The translations under genes were made by a program, and so were the position numbers. From positions 7,118,184-7,182,183 of the forward strand of contig OZ316895.1 in the NCBI GenBank assembly GCA_973895155.1: a stretch of 64,000 nucleotides of DNA, in the 5' to 3' direction. Positions within the stretch are counted from its first letter, which is position 1; each line of letters begins with the position of its first letter. A model generated the notes under the pieces. It searched no databases. It worked only from the letters and a program-made list of their open reading frames with translations, and was not told the DNA's origin. Below, piece by piece: positions 26,400-38,928 of this stretch. This stretch comes from Marsupella aquatica (lineage: Eukaryota; Plantae; Marchantiophyta).

Positions 26400-27605
26400 A
26401 TCCCACCTGCTATTTAAAGATCCAAAATAAATATAGCAAAGAGGTCTATATTTCTTTTTGGATCTTGCCCACCCTTTTTAAAATATGTTGTTTTATATCC
26501 TTATATTCATAATGAGAAAAACATGTGGGGCCCACCATTTTTTAAAAGGGATTCACACTAGCTTAGTGACTAAAGAATTGTCTACTAGAAAAATGGCATA
26601 TGAGGATAGAAGTGGGGCCAATACTTCGTAAACGAATAAGCCCTGAGGAGAAGATACTTTGTGAATAAGCATTGAGACACAAGTACCAAGTAACCCAAAG
26701 CTAATTTATTCTTGCTTTAAGGGGGTTACTGAAAAACCATCCAAACTCTCAAAAGGAACGAGTAATGATTCTTCTCAACATGTGAATCCTCTTGAGGGAG
26801 AAATACTACAAGACAAACTATTCTACCTTTTTGGGGAAATCTTCATACTTTGAGGTAACTTAGAGAATATTTAGTTTCTCATTTCTCTAGATAGATAGTA
26901 CTAAAAGCTTTTTATTACCACTTGGGAGAGATTCTTGACAGTTGGAGCAACCCTAAGCCACTGCAACCATCTCCAATCACTACTGCCCAGATTTCATAGG
27001 AGGGAATAAAAAGAAGCAACGGCTCAATGCATGGCCCATTGTAAAGCCGCTTTTATTGTAAGAATTGACAGAAATAACCAATTAAAAATCTCTCTCCACC
27101 AGGGCCTGAGACTCTTCCCGTGTGTTTCTGGATGGTACTTACAGTGTACCATCTACAGTGAAACATGGTCCCAGAATATTGTATAGCACAGGTTGTTGTA
27201 CCGTCGGCCCCACCGTTGACGAAGCGTCACGCAGAGACTGACGGTGAAAGCATCAAAGCACGGTCCCAAGCACGGAATGTGCTTTCGTGACAAAATCATT
27301 AAATCCTGTACTGTCAAGAGCATCTCCAGCGCTTTCTGGGTTGGTCTACTGTTAGCAACTCTCTGTTGAACAAAAATGGCAACCCAATGCACCCCAATGG
27401 ATTACTGGAACACTATTCAGTTGTGAGCTATTAAGTTTTTTGGTTATTGGAACTGTGTATTTGAGAGACCCTATAGCGCAATGAGCAATTACATGATCTT
27501 TTATCCAAGATCTAATGATTAGTGTACGACGGTGCGTATGTCAGCAGGCAGTAAATATCATCCTTGCTATATAGAGCATACTAGCAAAAGGTAAGTCCAT
27601 AACTT

Positions 27606-27639
27606 TATTTGATGTATACCATAGTGTATACATCAAATA
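27606..27639. repeat. perfect 14-bp stem hairpin with a 6-nt loop
   Basis: tatttgatgtatac-catagt-gtatacatcaaata. Confidence 0.85.
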
Positions 27640-28322
27640 GGGTACACCATAGTGTATACATTAGATAAAGCAAATTGGAATTGTTTGCAATGACATTGTT
27701 TGCTAGTATTGGATGGCTACCTTCCATGGGAGCATCATTTGCTGAATGTGAGGGTTCAAGTAAAACTTCTTTTTTTGCTGGCCAAATTGCAAAATTGAAA
27801 TGTCAATATCCCTATAAGGGTCAGTTTTATAAAATTCTATTTTCCGGGGAACACCAGATGTGTTAATGGGACCTGAAATTCTATAATTACAACACAGTAG
27901 GACTGAAGAAGCCTCATGTTATCAAAAGAATAATTTTTCTTCTTGCTGATAACGAGACAAAATAAGTTGAGTAGTCTCCCGAACAAGGTAACACCAAAAC
28001 AAATGATGACTCACATATCGTCAAAAGACAAAAGAATAAAAATGAAGCATGTTCCAGGAAAAGCCTAGATCAGTAACCATGGAACTAAACTCTGGACTCT
28101 CACTTCAGCTAAGTCGTGAACATCTTCTCAAACTTTTGAGGACAACGCTTCGTATGTACAAGCCACTGCCAAGAGAGACCTGAGCAGAGTATAAATGGCA
28201 AGTTCCATGTTCAGAATCATGCAATCTCCAAATTTTATGTATGACACTAATGGGGACAAAAATTCATCTACAATCCTACACTGAGATACAGTAAAGCATG
28301 ACTGTGCGCAGCTAATGGCACA

Positions 28323-31300
28323 TCACCTTCTTATCAGGTCAGGGGGGATCATGACCTTGTCAACCCCATGAATCACCACTTGGCCTTTGGCTTTATACAA
28401 GTCAGGTCTGATAACCATGGCATTCATCGGTCCAACCAGAACTGTATGAGACGTGGGAGTCACAAGCAAATTCGCTCCAGATACAGTTGTAAGGTTTTGC
28501 AGTGACCCTAACAAAGGACTGTCATAATATCCTTTTGCTACGTGAAATTCTACAACAGGTAATACTGCATCTTGCCCATAGATCTGGTTCATGGTGGAAT
28601 CTGGACTAGAAGAGTAAGCAATATTGTTGGGTAGGAAGACTGTTACTCTTTGATCAGGGATTGCATCAAGATCCTGATCCCAATTGACAGCTTTCAACAG
28701 TCCCAGAGACTCAGCATAGTCAGTTTCAGAGATCAGGGCTTGGAAAGCTTCCTCAAGCTCGCTGGCTGCACCTCCGCGAGGTAAATCTGGCCCTGCCACA
28801 AGAACATATCTCAATTCAATGTGAAATTTAGTTGTGGTGTATTTCTCATTAATACATAGAGCTAATGCGCATGATAAATCTGATGTAGATTGACTTTGTT
28901 CATGGAATTCATTCTTATGTACTCAGGATATATCAACTTCCTAGATCTTCTCTTGCCACAAGATCAATTTATGGCTCAGGAATCCTGAAACGGGGAAATC
29001 CCAAAATTATGAAGATTGAATCAATCATGCTGTACAACGTACTCACCCGGAACAGGAGCAGGGTTAGGTGTTCTCAAGGCATTTTGATACAGCCAAGACT
29101 CAAGAGTGGTTGCTCCAATCACGAATCCAGTCTCGTTATAGTACTGGTCTACCACATGCTTCCACGTACTTTCCACAGGGTGCACCGTATCCCAGAATAC
29201 ATGTGACGATGGGTCATTACAAAGTGTGTATCGCGGATTGCCTTGTCCATCCAAATCACCACAATTGTCTGTTGCAGTCATTGGCAGGCAGCAAGGGACA
29301 AGCTTCTCCTTGATTCCTGTGGAGGAACATTACTCATTAGGCATGCCTAGAATGGCAAATACATATAATTATCCAACGTAACGAGAAAGCGTGCTTCTAG
29401 CGAGATCCATTGTAGAATGCTCAACAACAGAGTGCTTTGCGTTGACATGAGTCCTACTGTGGAAACTCAGTGGCAGTGAGTGCAGTACAGTCAGTCCCTC
29501 CATTCAATATTTGATTTCAAAACTGACAACCCCCGTTCAATCATCCATGAAGTAAATTGAGATACAGAGGTGCAGGAAGACAGTACGAACCATATAGCTC
29601 AGTGTTGTTGAGTACATACGTGAAAGCCTCCAACTCATCAAGTACGAGGAAGTTGGCATTTGGGAGTGTGTTCAACTGTTTAACAATTTCTAGGATAAGG
29701 TTATTGTGTGTCAAAATCAAAGAAAAAGTGGATGACTGGCAAGTAGTGTAACGAGATACTATTGTCTTTCCAGGGAGGCAGTTGAGAGGAGGGAGATTTG
29801 ACACAAGTATGTTTCTGAGTCCGAGGTTGTACAAACGCTTCAGGGCTACAGTCATTCCTTCAATCACTTCGCGAATAACCACCGCGTACTCCTGGCAGGA
29901 TCCAAATCACAGCAAGCAAACAAGCAATTACTCACATGTATTACTTTCACCACAAAGTATCAAGGATTTTACGTGCTGGCTCTGGGTGTAAAAAATTGCA
30001 CAGAAAGGAGGTTGCTTAGTGCATGTAACTAAGTAAAGGTCAATGGCTTTATCAAGATCATAACCATGTTTTGCCACAATAAAATTGTGCGTTGCAATCC
30101 AAGAAAATTAGAATCCATGGGAAGTGAAACAAGTGAAAAGTTAACTACAAGGCAAGAGCAGTAGATTCTTGCCTACTTCACATCCTCTATCAAGCAATTA
30201 TGCGTTTCCGCTTTCCTTAGAATGAGTATGGTAGAATTTTAGACATCTAAATGCTAGTATTGTCCTGTTTGATGCAATTTTTCTAATCTCAGGTAGCCAA
30301 ACTTAACACCAGATCATTACTAGTCAATCATGCCAACGTTAAATTATTCACTTACGCCTCATGTTGAGATAATAATTGACTGCAGGAGAGAAATCAATGG
30401 CAGTGACAACATGGACTCACTGGGTCGGAGTACTTCATAGCGTAGTCGTTGCCCACAATGCTAAGGAGGGTGAGGGAGTTGGCCAAAAACGACGGCGAGA
30501 AGGCTCCCGTCCGCAATACCAACTCAAACTGGTCCACTTGGGAGTTGAGCGGCAGCACACCCCATGCATATGTCACTCCGCTCCCGCCAATTGCGAAGTT
30601 CATACCGGTCGCAATGCTCTGATTCATGCGATTCGCATAAGGCGTCGGTGAAGGTAACCCCAACTTGTCAGCTGCATCACTAATTCTAATTATCAGTCTA
30701 TGCAATCTCCTCAATCTTCGATCCCATTTATGTATTCACTTCTTGCATTTTAGCCTCCAGTTCAGACAAGAAGGGGATGCCCAAAGATCGATCAAATTGC
30801 ACACCAGAAGCTCCTACTGTAGATGCCATGAAACTATTCTGGTTATGCACGAGTGTGCGCGTGTATTCCCGCAGTGCCATCACTAACTCCATCGACCCCG
30901 GCAATCCAACAATCAGTCCAGACGTATCTTGGAACCTCGGTCTGCGCATCCATCTATGGTCCTCAGTGTAAGCGTAGATTTTTCTTGCTTATCGATCCAC
31001 CTCAATCCACTGTTTATCTCTCTACAACTAGAACAAACTTGCTGTAAATTTCCGCTGTTCAATCTGCCCATCCTTCGATTGTCTGGACTCCTGGCGTTAG
31101 TCTTAGCATTTGCGGGTTCCAGCTCTTTGCGCTACCTTGGTCCGTCCGTCCAGCCGTTAGTACGACACCGAGCACAGCAAACTGTGGCCACACTACAGTT
31201 CCAGAAAAAGAGAAAGTTGGATGAAGTGAACAAATCCATCAGTACATCGTCTCTCTGCCCGTCGGTCTACGGAATCATACACCAGAGAGCTGAGAAGCTT

Positions 31301-32113
31301 CCACCGTCTCTTCAAATCCGGAATCCTCCCGAACAAGCAATTGGAGGTCTCTCCGTCCATTTCTGTTGGATTTGGCAGTACGGGTACACCCACCTCTAAC
31401 TGTTCATTGAACTCCCTGTCGCTTCAAGAGATATCGAGATACTTATGTCTCTTAAGATTGAAGATGAAGCTCAACAGCCAAATGAGTTCATATGGTGTAT
31501 GAGTGCAACGCATGAACGCGAAGTTTCACGCGAGAAGCGTAGAACTCACAACAGGCATTTGAAAGTTGACCCAATAAAACTAAGACCATGAAGGATTAAG
31601 CAAATCTTACCGAGAAAGTCAGTCTGAACGTGTCCATTGCCGAAGCGGCCTGTAGGATGTCCTGGCCAAGTGACGCCAGACGGATATTTCCAGCAGGAGG
31701 AATTGTGATTTTGGTTCCCTGTGTCTGCGTATGAATCTCCGAAGACAAAGAAGGCACTCGGCTTTGGTGGAGCTCCCTTCGTCGTCCCTTACATCGTACG
31801 GAGCACCAACCGACACACACGAAGAGAAACAATCAGGCACAAAAATCCCAGGTACCACAAACCACTGATGATTCAAGAAAAACACTAGAAATAGTTGCAC
31901 ATGCCGCGAGTCTTTTCCTAAGAAAAATGGTGGGCTACCAAATTATAGCGATGAAAAGACGACTGCCTTATATAATGCGCTCGGAGGCAATGTTGATGAA
32001 AGTACACAAAGTGCGCTGAAACCAAGGACAGAGGTCGGTGAAGAGAAAGAGGGCAGCCAACCTGAAAGACAGAGCACGACGAGAGCTAATACGGGGACTG
32101 AAAATTTGCCCAT
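28323..32113 (-). CDS. secreted GDSL esterase/lipase-fasciclin (FAS1) fusion protein, paralog 2, 506 aa
   Basis: Exons 32113-32062 (signal peptide MGKFSVPVLALVVLCLS), 31787-31611 (FGDSYADTGN), 30671-30421 (GMNFAIGGSG, GNDY), 29891-29591, 29316-29047 (WDTVHP; TPNPAPVP), 28792-28323 (FAS1: TVFLPNN, EFHV, VIHGVDKVMIP). Exons 2-6 have the same lengths as in paralog 1 (177/251/301/270/470). Confidence 0.9.
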
Positions 32114-35100
32114 CGTCGTTGACACGTACTATTAGAACCGTCACGAGCAATGTATGGTGGGTAGGCTTTGTACTTCACATTACAAACCAACCCGTCCGAG
32201 AACCCGTCGTGACAATGGCAGAGATACTATCCCCACCGATCCGACTCGGTCGACGATCCTGTACGAATAGACCACCTGGTCAGCATATGCATCCGCAAAT
32301 ACAATGGAAGCCTTCAGCTCCCTCCACTGCGATCGATCCCACCGAAAGTACCTCGGTCACACCTTGATTCAATATTTCCATAGAGCAACGCTTCGGCCGG
32401 ATTCAATATATAGCTGACAATGTATCTCCCTAGACTGCAGATCGATTAGAGAGTACTAGGCCACTCCTGTGGAGGCGAAACCTGGAGAGCTGGGCCATCC
32501 AGATGTTTGGGGCAGCGTTCAACATGTGGTCTCTGTGACTGTCTTGTGAACAGACGTCTACCTCAAGAATGACCCAGCAATACTGCACTCGCGAGCATGC
32601 TGCTACTGAACTAGTTTTGCAGGATCCGTCGCATCGAGGACTTCCCCCGTGTTTGTGGAACGATTTTAGGGTGGGACAAAGACCAGGCATAAGTTGTCAA
32701 GTTCACATCCTGGGCATGGTTACAGGTGCGTCTTTTTCGCAAGCACGATTCTGCGGGCAACTCATGACAGATTCATCACCAGTGGGACCCCTTCCTGATT
32801 ACTGAGCATCTCCTACTGAACGTAGGTGAATAGACATGCTCATGAAACTGAAATTTCTATGTGACGGCCATGAATTATCACAGTCCTTTGCAGACAACAG
32901 TATCCCAGCAAGGTTGAGGGAGACGATACTTGTTAATGACGTACTCCGTAACAGTTTTGTAACGACGGGTGTCATTTGCGGAAGATCACACGAGTGTAAG
33001 ACAGGTATCTGGTGCAGACTCATCAATACAAGTGCCAGAAGTTTCGTGAGATTAATTGTAACCAGTACAACGAAGAGCAAAACTTTGGTGGAGCCCTGTC
33101 AATATATCATTAACTAGTAGCTGCATTTAATGGTAGATTTCGTAGACAGGGGGGGCGGGCAATGGAGGATCCGAGGATGGAATAAGGTTCAATTTCGTAC
33201 TACATTGGCAATGACGATCCTCCAGTCGCCCACCTTCCTTTCGCTTACTGTACTTTAAAACGGATCCTCATTGCCAAAGATAGATACCTGAGACACTACG
33301 TACCTATCTCATTCGCACGTTCGCATCGACGGCTTTAGAGCAACCAATTCTATTTCTTTCTAAGAATCTTCGTTCGGTGACTGTATTGATATTCGCACGG
33401 CGAAAGTATACACCACGGCAAATTTCGGAATGAAGGGAGCAACAAACTGATAGAGATAATCTGTTCCGCAAATTGGTTTCGAAATGAGGATGGGGTGATT
33501 TATTTGGAAGGGAGTACGTTCCAAACCAGGATCGAAACCGGAAACAAAGTGTCCGCCTCGGTGGCCGGGTGCATGGTCACCCTCGAACGATTCTTCTGCT
33601 CAAGTTCCCAAACAACCTTTTATTAAAACCAGTATTAACGAATCCAGAAACCCGCTTGTCGAGCGAAACTTGGAACGCCCATTGGGTTTAGTGTTCAAAC
33701 TGAAGGAGAAGCTCGAGTGAAGAGAATTCTGTACTGTCCTCCAGAGCATAGTTACGGAAGAAATTAATTTGATGGAGAAACCCTTCAATTGCAAATATAG
33801 TCAGACTTGCTGACGAGACTTTGCAAACATCAGGAAAGTTGCTCTAAGCGAATTTGGGGTCCCCTGCATAGATTCGGGCACGGCTGTTGACGTAATAAAT
33901 TGTAGGAGCCCGGAAACAAGAAAAGATAGATTCTTGAAGATGAACAACCAGTAAGCTCACCAGCACAAACGACCAGAAACTGTCTGTACCCACAACCAGC
34001 AAAAGAACTTGGCAGTAGATATTATTGCAGTGACTGCAGATAGGATTTCTTTCATCGTAATCAGTAATGAAGCAGAGAAATGAACAGAGGTCCCGTGAGC
34101 AAGATGTAAGACTGTCGGTCATAGCTCAGCAGCACAACAAACACACCAGCCTAGTGAGACCTCGGTTCGATTGACATTTGGTCGGAACTCATCTCCCATG
34201 AAGGAACTAGTGTAGATAATTATGTCTCATACATGATTGCTCAGTTCGCTCAGAGCACGGCCTTGGTCAGACATGACGGAACTGAAGATATTCAATTATC
34301 TTCACACCGGTGTCGGTTTTCGTACCGTTGCCATTATTAACGTAGGAGCCTCGCCCCAAAATGTACTATTTTTTTATATCCCTCCATACCATACCATGAT
34401 AAACTTAGTTATATTTTCTTTAAATCCATGAATACACTGAACATTTTGATGTGTGATTACCAGAGGGGTCTGGTTGGGACCATAGTATCCTTTGCAACGA
34501 TGAATCTGGACCTTATAATAAACCCAGGGGTCATTGCTTATTTATCCCCTTAGGGTCATATTTTATTCTGTTTGTATTTGAATCTGGACCCTATAAGTCC
34601 TGGCTTGTTTTTTTCCCTCTGAGATTAAGTTCTCTAGAGAGAACCAGAAAGGGGAAAAAGTGAACTCTAGTGTCTTATAATTCAACTCAAGACAAACTAT
34701 TGTCTTTTGGCTTGGGTTTGCTACAAGTACAGTTTGTGTTTTGATGTTGCTGGGATTGGTCTTTTCAGGTTTTGTTCGTCTGTTTAAATAAAGACGTCAA
34801 ACACTACTGACCGAGGTACTAAGTAGTGGCCTTACAAGCAAAAAGCTATTGTGCTTTCGTCCCCCTCATTTTTGCATTTTTACAATTGGAAAGCGCTGCC
34901 GTTGACCAACTAAAGAGTTATGTATGAGTCTTCACTGGTCCCCAACTCAATTACTTGCCACCTCAGGTTAGTCAAGTCTGATTTAGTAAACCCACATACA
35001 AAATAGAGGACAAACTGCTAATGAAAATTAAATGAGTTTTAAGGGCAGTAAACTTGACTTTTAGAGTGACATCCAAGTTCGAGCAACACAAGTGCAATTG

Positions 35101-35196
35101 ATTTAAAGAAAATAACGAGCTTTATAATTGTATGGACAGATGTAGTACACACTGTTAAACACCCGAAGTTGTAACGAGTCACCTTCAAACCTCAAA

Positions 35197-36273
35197 TTAA
35201 ACTGTTGTACCAGGCATGGTGGCTATATTGCTGCGAGCCCTGCTGTGCCCCGCTGTGCCCCGCTGTGGTTTACTGAAACCGGGCGGGAACATACTCATTA
35301 CATTTGGAGGAGGGTTACCCCAGTCCACTACTCCCAGTGAATTGGAAATGTGATTGCCAGAAATTGCGTTGGATCCCACAGGACGATGATATCCACTATG
35401 TGAAGCTTGGCCAACCTCTGTGTGCTTTGTAGGTGATGGAGTAATTTCCCTAAAGCCATCTGCAGGCAGAAGCAAGGCACTAGAAACTCCACTATGAGGG
35501 GCAAACAAGGAAGGACCCCAATTGTAAGGCGTGTTTGGTGCATCTCGAATGTTCCTCCTTGCAGATTCCTGGATCCTATTTAGAGCAGGGATTCCCTGAT
35601 GAATTCCTTCACCATAATTCCTCGGAGCATTTAGTCTAGATGCTGGTGGTTGGGGACTATAAGCTAATCTATATGCAATCGAAGGAGAATGGCTTGGAGT
35701 AAACAGATCATGGGAACATTGTACCCCCATGATAGGTGGAGATCTGCCATAGTCGGGTAAAGTAGGCTGCTGCATCCTGACGTCGTGAGGCAGCCTGATA
35801 CCTGGAAGATATGATGTTCTTGCTTGGGTTGACAGTGGAGCTGCAATCTGAGATGATAATCCTGAGCAGTTAAGTGTGGATGCTCCGAAAGGTGAATCAT
35901 TCATGCGTGCCACTGCTCTTTTCACTTCCACTTTCCTGCCATCGAAAGTAACATAATGCCTCTTAACTGCTTCATCTGCATCCTCCTGCTGCTCGAACCG
36001 AACAAAGCCAAATCCTCTTGACTGTTGGTTTCCTCTTTCATCAGTCCCACATATGACTACCGCATCTACAACTTTCCCGAACGCTTCCTCAAACGACTCC
36101 CAGAGCTCGTAAGTACGAATACAGCGGGGAAGTCCACCCACGAAGACTCTCGTTGAACTTGAACTATCTCCCTCCTCGCTACCAGTGGATGCACGGGGGT
36201 AAGCAGTCGAGTGTCGCAGTTGCCCGTCTCCATGCTCAAAATCCCATATAGATCGACGACCCAATCCTCTCAT
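35197..36273 (-). CDS. single-RRM RNA-binding protein (Musashi/hnRNP-A-like RRM) with a Pro/Ser-rich low-complexity tail; CDS has no intron
   Basis: 358-aa ORF with RNP2 VFVGGL, RNP1 RGFGFVRF and GRKVEVKRA. Confidence 0.85.
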   Translation of the reverse strand: MRGLGRRSIWDFEHGDGQLRHSTAYPRASTGSEEGDSSSSTRVFVGGLPRCIRTYELWESFEEAFGKVVDAVVICGTDERGNQQSRGFGFVRFEQQEDADEAVKRHYVTFDGRKVEVKRAVARMNDSPFGASTLNCSGLSSQIAAPLSTQARTSYLPGIRLPHDVRMQQPTLPDYGRSPPIMGVQCSHDLFTPSHSPSIAYRLAYSPQPPASRLNAPRNYGEGIHQGIPALNRIQESARRNIRDAPNTPYNWGPSLFAPHSGVSSALLLPADGFREITPSPTKHTEVGQASHSGYHRPVGSNAISGNHISNSLGVVDWGNPPPNVMSMFPPGFSKPQRGTAGHSRARSNIATMPGTTV

Positions 36274-37983
36274 GATACAAACAGCGCTTGGTTTTTAAAA
36301 TCAACTTCTTCACACCCTGTGATATGTTTCCGGGATTACCTGAACCTTTGATTCAAAGCTCTTTTTCTGAATGTGCAAGCTGCCATTTGTTCTCCCAGGT
36401 GCAGCCTCACTAGTTCGATAAGTCCGGCAAAACCCAAGCTAGCAGGCAATAGCAACGCCTATTGACGCCGACGCCTTAAAAGTGGAGAAGATATGAAATT
36501 GTCGTCTGGATCATGAAGATGTTGTGAAGACCTACGTACGTATCCTCTGGGAGTGCTTCAAGGTCTGTGAAACAAAAGGTAAGGAAAGAGATTGAGAAAC
36601 AGAAATACGTTGAGTACTAAAACATTCAAGCTTCCAGCATGAGGGAACTGAGATTGAGACTTCGAAATAGATTGGGATTCGTACAGTTTGAGCAAACGTC
36701 GGAGCTGTTTAAGGTCAAAGAGCGGTCATGGATCTGCACCTTGAAACGCAGCCTATTGCCATCTATTGCTGAGCTGTAACTGCCACTTCGGATCGAGGCT
36801 CTTCCTGTCGTCGGGAGTTAAGTACTACTCTCGAGAACTTCATAAACATTAATCTATCAGTAGCAATCGAGTGCCAACCGATCGACGGTCTGCTTTCGAG
36901 CTTCTCGGTGTACACGAATATGTATGATTGTAAACAACGTATGGTGCTCCCTCTCAACCGTAAAGCGTAGAGTTGTAGTGAATTCTAATCGAGCCTCACC
37001 TCAATCATGAAAGATCAACCTGTGGGGATTTCATATCACACGGCAACCCCATATTATACGTATGGTGCTCTCACGATCAACCATGAAGCGTTGAGCCGTG
37101 ATGGCTTTTGATCGAGCTTGAACTCTAAACTATGAAACGTCAAGCGGTGGCGAATTCATATCGAGCATCTACTTTTGAGCTTCTCGTTCCATACCCAGAT
37201 CAGCCAAACTTAGAGGATGGTGCAAGGAAATTGCATCTACGCTGAAAAACCTTCGTCCAGCGCAATGTGAGTTCAATTGTCAGCATAAATACCCACAGCG
37301 AGATTTACAAATTGCACACAATGCTTGATTTTCGACCGTTCGGTACTACCGTGAGAGCACCAGCAATTACATGCAACTCTCTTCGGCCACCATCCCACGC
37401 ACAAGTTCTCGCAAGCAGATATCGGCCAACCCCAGTACTGGCACTCACTACATGCACCGAATCCCATTGCAGCGCATGGGCATGCATATGGCAAACACGG
37501 AAGCAGAAATCTTAGAGTAGAACTGCAATAGTGTCAAATATTTTGAACTACAACAGTTATCTCAACGCAAGATTTCAATAAGAAAGCGAGGAGGGACCAG
37601 AGTACCAGGACTCTAAAATATACGGTGTAAGTCTGCAAGGTACTCAAAATCTCGCCGTTCTTGTGGCCACCTTAGGGTAACGGGAACTCCGGTCACACGG
37701 CTTCGGAAGGCCGCTCGAATTAATCATAGGTTTGTTTTTTCTTCTTCTCTTTCCAGAAAGTAACAGCAATGGACCCAACAACCAGCGTTGGGAGTTCGAG
37801 GATTCAATCGCAAGGCGGGTGGTTCAGCCGGATACCACAGCAGAGTGAGACTTCTTACAATGATCCTTACAATAATCCTTACCTTGGACTTAGGTAGTAC
37901 GAATGTGAGCGAGATGCTTGCAAACAAAAATCGAATCGTAGGTAGTGTTTGTTTTACAATTACTTAGTTAGTCTGCTGGCACG

Positions 37984-38928
37984 ATGACGATGTTTACTGA
38001 GTCGACCAATTCACTGATGATCTCAGACCCTCGCTTTAATACTTCAGGAAGGTCTCGGATGGAGGCATCGTCGAGTAACTGGCCAACCTACCCCACTAAT
38101 CGTGATCCGAAATTCCTCTCCATTTCTTCGGAGGTGTATGAAAAGGCAAGATTATTAGAGCCTGCAGCGTACTTCAAGAAGGAGGGACTCGAGACGTTCC
38201 TCAATCTTGACTGGGGCACTAAGGTCAATGAGAACCTCGCTCTTAAATTCATCAAGAGCTACGATGAAGAGTCCCGGACTATTGACGTGGGCACGGGTAC
38301 GATAAAATTAACTGACTTAATGAGTGAAGTCTTTAAACTTCCAGCTGCAGGTTGTTACACCATGAACAAGGCGAAGACGGAAAAATATGTCTCGCCATAC
38401 TTTCCCGACAATGTTCAAGATAAAGACGGCTTTCTCCTCAGTCAATGCAAAGGCAAAGTCTGGAAGGACATACTCTCCTTTCTTCACGTGGTATTTGGCA
38501 TCAGCTCAACGAAACGCAGTATACCTTACTGTTTCATGTGGTTCTTCGAGGTACCAGTATGTGAAGGGGGACGAAATTGGCTCGATGCTTTCTTGTGGTT
38601 TTTCGACGCTGAGATGAAGAGTATTCTGACGCAGAAGGAAACAAGGAGTGACACACTTATCGGAAGCCATATCACACTTCTTCTGGCTCATGTAAAAGGA
38701 AAGAATATTCCTCATTCGGTGGAGCCCTGGCAGCTGTTAGCCCCTAAGGAAGATCCCTTCTGGAGCATGAGTGAGGGCCAAGAGATTGAGGATGACGAAG
38801 ACGACGACGACGACGAAGACGACGACGACGAGGACGGCAACGATTACTCGGAGGACGAGGAAGTCAACTCAGACACAGAAATTGAGCAAGAAGAAATCGA
38901 TCAATGTGTTCAAAGCGGGCGTGACTGA
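37984..38928 (+). CDS. 314-aa intronless protein resembling plant mobile domain / plant transposon-derived proteins, with an Asp/Glu-rich tail
   Basis: GLETFLNLDW...LALKFIKSYD...IKLTDLMSEVFKLP resembles the GL..F..L...L..F...Y....I.l....I...F.LP pattern of PMD and retrotransposon accessory ORFs; later NWLDAF and IGSHITLL; tail EDDEDDDDDEDDDDED. Confidence 0.55.
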   Translation: MTMFTESTNSLMISDPRFNTSGRSRMEASSSNWPTYPTNRDPKFLSISSEVYEKARLLEPAAYFKKEGLETFLNLDWGTKVNENLALKFIKSYDEESRTIDVGTGTIKLTDLMSEVFKLPAAGCYTMNKAKTEKYVSPYFPDNVQDKDGFLLSQCKGKVWKDILSFLHVVFGISSTKRSIPYCFMWFFEVPVCEGGRNWLDAFLWFFDAEMKSILTQKETRSDTLIGSHITLLLAHVKGKNIPHSVEPWQLLAPKEDPFWSMSEGQEIEDDEDDDDDEDDDDEDGNDYSEDEEVNSDTEIEQEEIDQCVQSGRD

